Shown here: positions 33,401 through 46,100 of the stretch, piece after piece
Layout of the letters: each line of letters opens with the position of its first letter
Numbering within the stretch: the first letter of the stretch is position 1
From: Podarcis erhardii
Taxonomy: Eukaryota
Strand: one strand, 5' to 3'
NCBI GenBank assembly: GCA_964252035.1
Contig: OZ176204.1
DNA: 64,000 nucleotides
Notes under the pieces: generated by a model
The model's database searches: none
The model's input: only the letters and a program-made list of their open reading frames with translations
Told to the model about the DNA's origin: nothing
Position numbers and translations under genes: made by a program

Positions 33401-36400
33401 ATTTCTGCATTATAATAAAGTTACATTTTTGCTGCTACCCCCACCGTGCTGCAGCTCCTTCTGCTGCTATTTCTGTTATTGCTGCTGCTGCTGTCTCCAT
33501 TTCCACTCCTTTATAACTTGTGTCATATTCCATGTACTATACCTGGTGCCAGGTACATTTCTCAGTGCTTTGGGGCTTTGTTGCATTTGGGAAGTTCTCT
33601 TTTTTAATAGAGCTTTTCAATTTTCCAATCCCCCATTTCCATCAGGTGCTCCCCTTTGCTTTCATGTTAGAGTATTTTCCCCAGTGTCTTCAATAAGTTA
33701 TTTCCCCTGAAAAACGTCAAAATACAGGGAAAGTTCTGCTATAAGACATCTGGCTCCTCAAGCTCTGCCTTTCAAATACAGCTTTCAGCCTTGCTCTCAG
33801 ATGCCCTCATCACCTGGGCTTTTGGCTTGTCACCTTTGACCTGGCAGAGAATCTGTGCCTCTGACAGCTTCATGATATATATAAATTCCACGTGTCACTC
33901 TGGGAATGTGCCTGTGTACATGCAAAAATACATTAAGTAAGGAACTATGTAAGTATCACACAGAGGCAATGAATTCCCAACCCCCATCCCTTCTAATATT
34001 GGCATATTTCCTCTCCTCCAACAGTTGCGTGAACAAGCAAACTCAGAGTGGAGCTACCCCGCTGTATCTTGCGTGCCAGGAGGGCCACCTGCACATCGTC
34101 CAGTTCCTGGTGAAGGACTGTGAGGCTGATGTGCACCTGAGAGCACATGATGGCATGACAGTGCTCCATGCAGCTGCCTGTAGTGGTCATTACGCTGTTG
34201 TCGTCTGGCTGGTAAACCTGTACTTTTATATTTTAGGTAGCGAGTGTCGTTTCTCGACAAGAATATGAATATGTTTCTCTGGATAACTGTGCTACTGAAG
34301 GCCCCTTCATAATTCCTTTTTATTGCACATTCATGATGTTTTCTGTCCCTTATGTTATTGGGACAGTCACACACAATCCCACTTTTTCCCTTTTCTTTAA
34401 AAAAATATATTCATTGATACTTGTCCAAAGATATACAAAAATTCATACCCATTGTGAACTATCTTTTTATAATGAAATAATATAAAAAAGAACAGAGGCA
34501 GAAAGAGTATAAGAAAGAAAAGGAAAAGAGACAGAGAAGAAAGATAAAAGACTTCTGATTCTCTGTCCTGCAGCTAAATATACCGTAGTATTCACTGATT
34601 AACGTCCAACCAGTCTGTCTTCCATAAACCAGTATTTTTTTCAATCTTCAAATCCAGATAAGCAAGAAACATTTACATTTTAGCAATGGGAGTATATTAT
34701 TTGAATCAACCATGACATCATTTTGTCCACTATAGATTGTTCTGCAGTCATATGCCAGCCATGGAGCTCAATATTCCTTTTTTATCATTCATGTTCTTAA
34801 ATGCTGCATTGTTAACTAATTTGATTGCCACTCATATCTTTAATAATCAGAAACTTCCAGAATACAGAGGTCTGCCACCAAAAGGTTTAATTGCCCTTGT
34901 ACATCCTTCTGTATTTAATATAAAAGGTATGCAGTCTTAGTTTCATTAATTTCTAACACCCCTCATGTCAGGCACAATTCTGTGGTATGTATGGCATGCA
35001 GTGTATATAGAAAACAAATTGCAGAAATGGAGGGTGCTTCCACGCTATTTATCTGTTTGCAAATTCCCTCTGCTTTCTGTGCTAAAGTACCCAAGGCAGC
35101 TGTAGAAATAGGTGAATGAAAAAACAACAGCTCATCTTAAAAAAAACCATTTGGCTTTGATTCCTATGTAACCCTCCTTTCCCCCCCTTCATGTAGGTTA
35201 CCTTCACTGATCTCGGCCTCACAGCTCAGGATGCAGAAGGAGCCACTGCACTCCATTTTGCTGCCAGAGAGGGACACACTGCAATTGTTGACAGACTCCT
35301 CCTTATGGGAGCTAACGTGGTGCTGGACCATTGGGGAGGAACCCCACTCCACGATGCAGCTGAGAATGGGCATCTCGAGGTATTTGGTGATACCATGTAG
35401 CGAGGGAAATGAGTATTGGATCAGAACTCAATTGATGGCACAGCCGTACTCACACGGTGTGTTCAGCGATGGTTGATCATGACGTGTGCGTGCCATCACT
35501 CCCCTCTCCTATGTGGCTGACAGGAGGATTTGAAATAATAATAGTAAAAAGACCTGGAACTGCGTTCTGGTGCGTTCCACCAGAAAAAAAAGCATTGCTT
35601 TCCCGAACATTTACTCTTCTCCCCCCACCTGCCTCCCAGGAAACCATCCGTGTGGTTACTTAACAGATTCAGAGTAGCCCACTCTTGGCTGTTTAAACAA
35701 TCAGCTCATGCATCTTGTGTTTGTGTCAATCCAGCATCCATAGTGTTTAAACAGCATAGGGAGGATTTTTTAAATGGAAGCACAAAATGTACAAATGATG
35801 GAGTTCAATGGGAATAGATTTTTAAGCAATGTCAGCCTACCTTCTTTAGTTGATGCAAAAAGCTTACCTTGAATAATTATTGATTTATTTGACTGTTCCT
35901 TGACTGGCAAAAAAAAATAATGAAGAAAAAGCCCCTGTTGCATTCATGATTCCCTTATTTGCTATAAATTGGTTGTACTGATTAGGGTGATGGTGGTTGT
36001 TTATGCATTTATTTGCAGTGCTGTCAAACCCTGATCTCCCACCAAATAGATCCAGGCATCCATGACAGGGATGGTTACACTGCGCGAGACCTGGCAGAAT
36101 ACAATGGACACAGGCAGTGTGCATGTTACCTACAGGAAGCAGAGAAGCTGGTAATCTAAACATTATATTTTGATTATGTACAAGTCTTAGTGTTCATGTG
36201 AGTCACTGGAGACAGAGGCTTCTGTACTGTTTGCCCGGTGAGCTGGATATGTCACCACAAGGCAGAAGACCACCCCACGAGAAAGGTAAATTATCCAGGC
36301 TTCCATAATATTATGTATCCCTTGTTAAAAATCAAAGCAGAAACCTTCTCAAAACATTACTCTAAAAAAAAAAAAAAATGAGCAGTGTGAACATTTTCAG

Positions 36401-39400
36401 CTCATGGTCATTGAAAGCTGACTTCCACGAGTCATTAACATGCAGCAGGTCAGTGGACAAGCCAGGGCAGATGTTCCTGATGTTCTAGCTTGCTAGGAGC
36501 AAGAGGGTTTGTTTCTTTTCTTTGTTGCCTGGTGCAGTCTTCCGGTCCACTTGTTGAGTGGTGTTCTGAGCTACAAGCACTCATTGAAGCAGGTGGGCAG
36601 TGGAGGGGTGGGGAAATGGAGTATCCTGAATGAAGGTATAGCTAGTCGGCTGGCTGGAACACTGAGCAGGAGCAGTCTTGCTATGTAATTTTGCATAGCA
36701 GGCTCTGCTTGTTAGATATATTAGTCACTGGGTGACTAATTAGTCACTGAGCCTGTCCCCTCTGAATCCTTAGATCTGTTTGCCTCATACCCATTCAATC
36801 CACATAAATTTATCGCCCTATCTCAACAATTGCTGAGTGCCAGACAAATATTAGGAAGTTATGTCATTGGGCTTCCACAATCTCCGCTCTGAAACAAGTG
36901 GTTGGCTCCCTTCTGCAGCCCTGATGGAATTCATTCTGTGCTCCTCTTGCCTTTGCAGCTATTTTTGGCATGCTGTTGAGCAGAGTGGAAAATTTCCACC
37001 TATTTATGTCCCTAGCACGGGGCAACAAGTGGGCAAGCATGTTGAAGAGCCTCCTGGATTCCTCTGCCAGTGTGAGGACATGGATACTAGACAGCAATTA
37101 GCCAGCAACTGATGGTGAGATAAGAAGGGTCTGAAGGAGGAGCTCAGAGGCTGCTGAGTGAGAGCCTTCAGTAGGGCAGCGGCAAGTTTCCACGGCTGAG
37201 GCTCTTCAGCAGCAAGAGAGAAGCACCATGGGGCATCGGAATGGCACTGTGGCTAACTTGAGAAGCTGGCTCTGAAATCCTAATCAAGCTCTTAGGTTTC
37301 ACCGAACAAAGCATAGTAAATCCTTGCCACAGCCTGAGATTTGGAATGGGAACTTTTGAAACCAGAACCTCTTCCCATCACTCAGTTTGCCATTAAAATA
37401 TTAATGGGGGGAAAAAATCTATCCAGAACACTCTTTGGCGATGACTAATTAACTCAGTGCTGATGCCCACATGTGGGTCGGGGTTCTGGAGACACAAGGG
37501 CCTGTGGATCTCTCTTGCTCAAGCCTTATGGGCTGAGGGAGGGGTAAAGACTAAAACAACTTCAGTCATGGATGAGCGCAGTCAGTTCATGCTGTAATTC
37601 ATAGGCGACAACTCCTAGAGGCCGAGGCAGTTTTGGGGGCCCTCATGTATTTTTTGAGGGGGCCCAGCTCCTCATGTTTGGAGGAGCCCCTTTGTTCCTC
37701 CTTTTGCACAAGCAATGACTAAGCCAGGAAGTCCCAAACTAACCATAGTTTCTTGTTGTCCAGGAAACAATGTTTACCAGCTCTGGAACATAAGATTCTG
37801 CTTTGTTCCAAAGCGGGTAAACCATAGTTTGTATAAAATGGAAATATATGGTTCATTACACATTTCCTCATTTAATTGCAAGCAGAGACTGAAGGCTCAG
37901 GCAAGAGACTTGTGCATCTCTTGGGTTAATAAACTAAGATATCATCATTGAAATACTGTTGCTAAATGTGCTAAATGTAAATATAGGTATGGAAGTACTT
38001 TCAAATTTCAATCTTCTCCATTTCTAGATTTTCCAATCTTAGTTCAATTCTCCACACTTCTGGATTTTTCTATGTTATTTCTACTACAGTGGTACCTCAG
38101 TTTAAGAACAGTTCTGTTTACAAACGATTCAGTTTACGAACTCTGCAAAACTGGAAATAGTATCCTGGTTTGCGAACTTTACCTTAGTCTAAGAACCAAG
38201 GAGTGCCTGGCGTGCTCTGGTCCATGGGGTCACGAAGAGTCGGACATGACTAAACGACTAAACAACAACAAAGAACGGAATCTGAACAGTAGAAGGGCAC
38301 TTGCAGCAGGAGGGAAAATGTGCCTTGGTTTAAGACCGTTTCGGTTTAAGAACGGACTTCCGGAACAGATTAAGTTCATAAACCGAGGTACCACTGTAAT
38401 ATATTCATTTTCAATGCACGTGCTTTCTGAAAATATACATTTTTCTAAACATTGGTTGGAGGACTATATCACAAAATTTGGATAATTGTGAATTTTGAAG
38501 GATGGCTGTGTTTCTATTCTCATATTGTTTCAGAAAGTGAGAATCTGATAAATTTGATTTCAAATATGAACTGAACCATATTTCTCCTCCATCCCTTATG
38601 TGTACATAGCCAAAGTCGCATAATGTATAGAGTGTGTTAGGATGAAATTAACTATATTTCCCCACCAGCTGTGAGCATAAGATGGTGCCTGGCTAAGAGG
38701 CCGTTGGCTTTTTATGTGGTAGACATTTGCTGGTGTTCTGTTCTCTGCCTGTAATTAGCACCACTGTACATAGTTGCCTATGCTGAGAGAGGCTTTGTTC
38801 ACTAACATCCTTGGTTAGAATTACATGTCCTTCTCAGCACCTTTGACACACATACTTTGATCCAATTTCCTCCTTGCTAGCACAACCTTTGTTCCTTCAT
38901 GGGCCCGTTACTTCTTGCATTTGTGCAATGTCTTACAGTAAATGTTAGGGGAAACCTTTTGGGAGGCAGCTGCAAGAGGAGCAAAGTGTGCCAGCTCCTC
39001 TGTGACATCCTTAAGAACGCCTCCTTCTGGGGAAGCCATCTTTCTCAGCCATGCTCAGAGTTGGAAGGTTAACCCAAAGCACGCTCTTTATCAAATGGCC
39101 ATCAAATTGTTACTGTTTTAATTTAGTGTTAATGTGACATTTTGCATTTTTACATTCCCCAAGAGTTTGAGATGGGCTTAACGCTAGCAGTAAAATCGGA
39201 TTAATAGATCAAATGTTTAGGAAACGGAGAGAAGCATTATTTTGGAGTAACACTTGAAAACTTCATCCACTTGAAAACTGCTAGCTGGATGGGGGCAGTA
39301 ATTATCTCCCTGAACTCTGCGAATAGCTCTGAGTTCATTAGTCTCATAGTTCATTATTTTATTCTAGCCCCGTACTTAAATTACACTTTTGTAATCTATC

Positions 39401-40024
39401 ACTGCCAATCCATTATATCCATATATAATGTATGGAGGCTGATCTGATGAGAGAAGTTATTCATGTAAAGACCATACCACACAGGACATGGGCATTCCAT
39501 GGTCAGATCTCTCAACTTTAAAAAAAAATTCATTGAGAGGGCTCCCATTTTGAACCAAGCGATGATGATGAAAAAGAAGGGAAGTTTAGCTCCTTTCTCT
39601 CTCTGCTATTCTTCTGAAATAACTACTCTGAACCTGCCATTAGCTCTGCAGCTTTAAAAAAAAACAGGCATGATATAAGTGCTCCTCTCACCCAACTGCA
39701 CAGTTTATAGCAGCTTCAGGCTGGGGGGTAGCAATGTAAATGTACAAAATAGCATGAGGGGAAAGAAAAATCAAATACTCTCTCCACAGTGCTGCTGCTG
39801 TGATCAAAATTGCAGTGCTGTGTGACTCCTTTAAGGTTTATTTGCCTTTTTAACAAAAGTCATCACATGATTTATCTTAAGGCTTTGCAGAGGAATATGG
39901 GAGAATTCAGGAACTCATTTTCCTCAGGATGCCTGCGGAAACTGGAACAATTCAGGCAGCCTCTGGGCCTAAATATTTTCTTGACCCTGCTGACCTCTAG
40001 GGCTGGCTACCAACAGACTGACGG

Positions 40025-40061
<37 letters not shown>

Positions 40062-40067
40062 CTCGCG

Positions 40068-40104
<37 letters not shown>

Positions 40105-43100
40105 TGTGTTGGCTCCACTAAACCCAGCTGAGCACTCTCTTTCTATACAAAACTTATTCATTTAAGAAAATGAATGGAAAAGGAAGAAGGGCGCAGGCAG
40201 TTCAGTCTCCTGGTTACAGCTAAAGGTTCTAGACCCCTTGGGCTGCTTTGCCAGTTGCCACCTGATGCCCAGCCTTCAAATATTAATGCAATGCTAATTG
40301 TGACTCCCTGACCTCCACCCTTTCTCCTGCTGGCATTTGCCACACAATGCAGTTTCTGGCTGCCTCTAGACCGAGTGGGTTCTCCAGTTTCTCCTCCTTT
40401 TAAGAGTAGTTATTAATATTCCCTGGTTTGTTATGAAATTCTGATCTCCCTAAGGGCTGGATCTAATCTGAGCAGCGTTTGTTCATCTTTTCCCTTCCGT
40501 TCCAAATGGACCCCACAAAGGACAGGAGGTGAATAACTGGTATGTACCGGTACATCTTTGGAGCAGTTCCATAAATTTCTGCCTGTCATTTCTGCCTGGT
40601 GGATAATATGGGGGCCCCCTGGTGGCAGAGAAGAATTCAGGGCAGTGCGACCAGTTATGCCACACTGGGCTGCAGGGCATCACAACTATGACTTAGTGAA
40701 TTCAGAAGAACGGAAGGGGGGCATGCCAGATTTTGGGCTCACACAGGGCACAGGAAATTTGTAAGACCAAAGTTGACCCCTGCTGGTTGTGGTAGAGTTG
40801 GGGGTTAGCACTTTGGGTGATGGTGTAACAATCTAAAATCTAGCCTTTGGGTGTCAATTCAAGAAATACAGAACAAACCTACAGCATGTTAATGTCTTGA
40901 ACTCCAGCTGTGCTGTGCAATGTTTGTTTTTGACTGATTTTCTGAAATGCAGTGTCACTGATGGAATGTTTCAATATCGGAACACATGTTTCTGTTGATT
41001 TAGCTGAACATATCACTAATTTAATTCTAATGCCTTTTAATTCTTTTTATTCTAATGCCTTTAGAATTAAAGGCACACTTGTTTATATTTTTAAGAATTA
41101 AAAGTACTAGTGTTTTAGTGAAACAAGTAGAAATAGCATATTATCTCTCACCTCTTTTAGTGCCTTTATATTGAGGTCCTGGTGATATGCAAATATATGC
41201 CAGTCAAATGAACCAGTGGTTGTTAAAAGGCAGAGTATTATCAACTAAGCACCTTTGCTGGCGTGGTGTAGTGGTTAGAGTGCTGCATTAGGACCTGGGA
41301 GACGAGGGTTCAAATCCTCACTTGGCCATGAAGCTCACTGGGTGACCTTGGGCCCATCACTCTCTCTCGGCCTAACCTACCTCACAGGGTTGTTGTGAGA
41401 ATAAAAATGGAGGGGGAAATAAGTGTGTATGCCATCTTGAGCTCTTTGGAGAAAAGGTGGAATATAAATGTAATAATAATAATAATAATAATGTAATATT
41501 TTTTAATTGGATGACAGCCCTTATGTTAACTAAATGCATAAGACTAATGCTAATACCAAGCTGTAAAGGGCAAATAGCACAACCATTCAATGGACACGGA
41601 TACAATGGCAAACTTATACCGACACAGGTCACCCCTGACAACTGTACACAGTCCTCTAAAACAGATCCCCATACATATTGGACGACACAAGATTTACCCA
41701 CCCGGGAAGAATGGCAGATGAAGTTGATGGACTACATGGAACTGGCGGAAATGACTGGCAGAATCGGAGACCAGGGAGAAGAGTCGGTGGAAGAAGACTG
41801 GAAAAAGTTTAAAGATTATTTACGGAAATACTGTAAAATTAATGAATGCTAGGAAAATGTTGGAATGAAGTTATATGGCTTTAGTAGAAATGTTATAAGG
41901 AATTAAGTATAAATAGATTAATAGAGTATTAAAGGGAAAAATAAGGTTAGAATGTGTTAAGATAATTATAGGATAGAAAACAGAGAAAGATGGAAAGGAA
42001 TTGCTGAAACAGTTAACAGAAGTGGAATACAAAAAGGGAGGTGTGAGGAGGTCGCGGAAATAAGTGAATGAAAGATAAGATATTGAAATTATTTGATGTG
42101 TATTAAATTTTTTGTTTGTTTGGTTGGTTTTGTTAGTTTAAATGTGTTGGTGTTTTGTGGTGTTTTTGTGTTGTATTGTATTGTTCTTTTTTTTGTAGTG
42201 TTTAAATTGGGAAAGTAATAAATATTATTAAAAAAATAAAATAAAACAGACCCCCATACATACTCTCCCTGTGCCTAGTCACAAACCAGAGAGTGGACTG
42301 CAAACAGCAGAAAGTACTGTACAATTAAGCACAAATTTAGTGAATGACAGTATGGTAGATTGAATGATAGGATGCCAGCTAGCTTGTAGGCAGGAGCGCA
42401 TCTTAGATGCAGTTTGGGATCAGGTTGTAAAGCCAATATATACCTTTCTATCTTAGTTTCTTTAACTGTACGGTTACTGCTTTGCATTTTTCTATCACAC
42501 CATGTAACTGAGTCCTTCAGCCCTATGCTTTGCAATTCCTTTCAATGTTTATTCTTTTTCTTCTCATGACTTTTATTGTGCTCTTATTCAGAAAGCTGTG
42601 CATCCCATATTGTTCACTACCACCCCCGCCGTACAGCAATGTTTTTCCTCAGGATCATACAGAGCTACAAGGGAGTACTATGTGATGATTTGTTCTGCTA
42701 TCCTCTACAATTCTTGATGCTCTGATTGACTAGAAGGGGAAACGGCAATACAGCCATGCAAATGTGCAAGAAGCTTTTGTATTTAGAACCTCCTGTATGC
42801 TTTCCATGGGGCTGATGTACTGATTCCTCTCTTATTATCTATAGTCCACAATGGATAACCAAACAAACCTCACTGTACACAGACATGCACTTAGAAGCTT
42901 GTGCGTGAACTAGTGATCTAGGCCTAGACATGAACCTGCTCATACGCAGTGTTCAACATTTGTTCTGCCAACTTTGTTTTTTTTTTTAATAATATTTTTA
43001 TTAAGTTTATAAAATACAGAAAAAAAGAAAAAAAGATAGATATAGAAAATAAAGTAAAGAAGTTACAAATTTCCATAATCCTTTTTTTCAGCCAATCCAA

Positions 43101-46100
43101 TGGACTTCCCCGCATCTTCCTAACCCTGCGTTCTCTGTGATACAAAACATCAGCAATTTGTTAGCTTATTTCAAAACTTATTGTATCTTTCATTTTATCA
43201 TGTTATCTAATTTCCAAAATGTTGTAACCGACATCATCATGAAATAATGAAATAACTTTATTATGTTCAAGCTAAAACGTATAAGATGTCTGTTCTGCCA
43301 ACTTTGGAGGGGTGCTTGGTGGGGGCACAGGAACAGGCTTCTTGGTACTGGCACCCAAATTGCGGGACTCCCTCCCAAAAAGGGGTTTGATTGCCTCCTC
43401 TTTTGAGCCTTGCAAGGGTGGCAAAGATTTTTTGATTCTACCATGCCTTTAAGCTGCTTGAACTTCCAAACATATTGCTCTGCTTTCCTTTGATCCACAT
43501 CAGTGAGGCCAAGGAGTGGGTCTTGTCCTCTGAGCACCCCAGGACCTCCATACACACTGCCTGGGCTTGCACCCTGGAGGGGTCACTTTGGTGCTGCTAA
43601 CACAGCAAAATCAATATGGGCGGCAGAGTTACCAATCTCTCACCCCTGGGGGCACACTCCATTGTCTCTCGAGACAGATGGACGCCAACAACAGAACAAA
43701 CCAGGCCAGAGACAGAAAAAACGCTTTTAGTTTTCAAAGGTTACATCTCTAATCTTCCCTTGTGTATTTTTAGATCCAGCAGCCAATGAGACCTCTTCAA
43801 TCAGATGTAAGTGCTGCATCAAATATGCAGAAAAAAGATACTAATAGCGCTCTTCATAGAGCACCTGGTGAGTAACGCCACCCAATTAACTTTCCTGTGA
43901 AAAATATAAAAACTGAGCATCCCTGAAATTCAGTAGAGTAGACTCTTTCACATGTTAAGTGACCTCAAAGCATTCATATAAAGCTTGAAACTTGACCTTC
44001 ATAATAGGAGAACCTGCCTTTTACAGGGTTCCCAGTTGTGCAGAAAGAGCCTATGTGTATGCAGGAACCTCATTAGACCTTTTAAAGAAACATGGGGGTT
44101 GGTTGTGGAGACAGAGTGTTAGATACGGAGTGTTAGATATGTTCTCTGAACACCTGCAAAAGGCTAATGTGGAGGGGATGTTGTGGGAAAGCCAGTCAGT
44201 TTATGCCACAAAGCAGACTGTTTCTTCTCACAATTTGGGATAGGAGTGACTGTGTAGACCTACATCAGTATCCCATTTGCCACAGAGATGTTAGAGGAGG
44301 GGTTATTTATTTATAAGATTTCTTACCCACCCTCCACCATAAGTTCCCAGGGCAGGTTACAACTATAGAATATCCAATTATAAAATCAATGATAAAACAC
44401 ATAAAAATGGAGCAGAACAGGGGTCTCACAAAAAAAAAGGTGAGACCTTAACTGTCAGAGGCCAGGGTAAAGATGTGTATATTAGTAACCACTTCGAGTA
44501 CACATGTATATATGAATAAACTCATGATCATCATCATCTCCAGCATGTGGCAAAAGCTGTACAATAAAGTGGCCAAAATGGTCTCCTCTGGATCTTGCTG
44601 AACTACATCTCCCATCATCCCTGACCATGCTGGGTGGCTCTGATGGGAGGTGGAGTCCATTCCAGAGATTAAAAAATACTTTGTTTGCTTGTGATTGAGA
44701 GTGTCCTTGAGAAAGATTAGTTTAAAATACATTGGATGAGATCTAATAAGATATACTGGATATCTCAAATAGCAACTTTCCGTGGAAGGTGGTTTCAATC
44801 ATGTCAAGGGATGGACGATTCCCTGCAGTAACTCCTTTGCTCTTTAAAAACAACAGCGTGGGAGATCTTGTTAACAGATCTCCCACATCATGCCTAGTTT
44901 GCCCTTCATATTATGGGGGTAGGCAGGCATAATTGTGCAATGTTCCTTTGTTTACGTCCTTTGCTGGCATGACAAATACTGTTGTGTGGATGTCTACATA
45001 ATTTGGAAGGAAATTAACCTGTTCTCAATGGTGCAGAACAGAAATGTCTTAAGCTTATCAGTGGTCAATTCAATCTTCTAGCTCTCAGTGTGGATTTTGG
45101 TGCATCACTGTAGGATTACACTATGTTTGTCTTTCTTCCAGCTTCAATGTCGTTCAGCATGGTGAAACCCACTGAATCAAACAAATCACTGATACCCGAG
45201 CTGAAGATCAATAAATCTCTGCAGAAGGCGAGAATCACCACATTGTTCTCAAGCTCTGTATGTTGTATGATAATCTACACCTCTTTGTCTCTCATCTGTT
45301 TTGTATTCGTAATCCCCATGATCTCTCCTGTGGTTCTCTTCCATCTAATTCCTTTGTTTTATTTTTCTTTCTCTTTTCCTGCTAGATTTAGCCATTTGGC
45401 TGACCTGCCTCCAAACACATCCTTTCAGAAGGGTTAAAAACAACCTACAAATGGAGATATATAACTTTATGTTCCACAACAGGGACAGGGAACCTGTTGA
45501 CCCTCTGGATTTAGGTGGACTACAACTCCCATCGTATGTGGCCAGGCTGACTGGGGCTGATGGGAACTGGAGTCCAGCAACATCTGGAGGGCCACAGGTT
45601 CTCCAGCTTTGCTGTAGGTAGCCCTTCTGATAACGTTGGGCTTCCTGAGAAGATACGTGCCATAATGTTTTGAGGATCAATTGTGGTAGATTCATGAGCA
45701 TCTGTTCTTCTTTAAACTCCTTAAAAGTTGCTAACAAGTTAGGTGTCCTCCACGCAGGGTGAGAAGAGAGAGACACCAGATGCTGCAGTACCAGGCAACC
45801 TGCTCTCAATGCTGGATGAGCTAGGAACATCGGACATTGATGCCTTGGTGCCTACTCATGATGAGCAAGGTTGTTCAATTCCAGAGTGGAAGCGGCAGGT
45901 GATGGTGAGGAAATTACAGGCGCAGCTGGCATCCGAAGAAGGGATGGGCAGGAAGGTACTGTATTGAGCCAATAGAAGGAAACTGTGTCACTGTACTGTC
46001 TTACCCGATTCATACGCTGGCCTCCGTTTTTATTGCAATTAGGTTGCCCTAAGAGCAGACGGGCAAATAATATACACATTGTGTATGTTTTGTAAATGTG

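Noticed and set aside
41457-41852. 131-aa ORF as a gene
   Set aside because: Chimera of a SINE (TAA)n tail, flanking DNA and an L1 ORF2 C-terminus
42591-42700. Extra ESPNL exon (LPPPPY / REYY resembling espin motifs)
   Set aside because: The motifs lie in different frames, both frames hit stops, and there is no convincing donor
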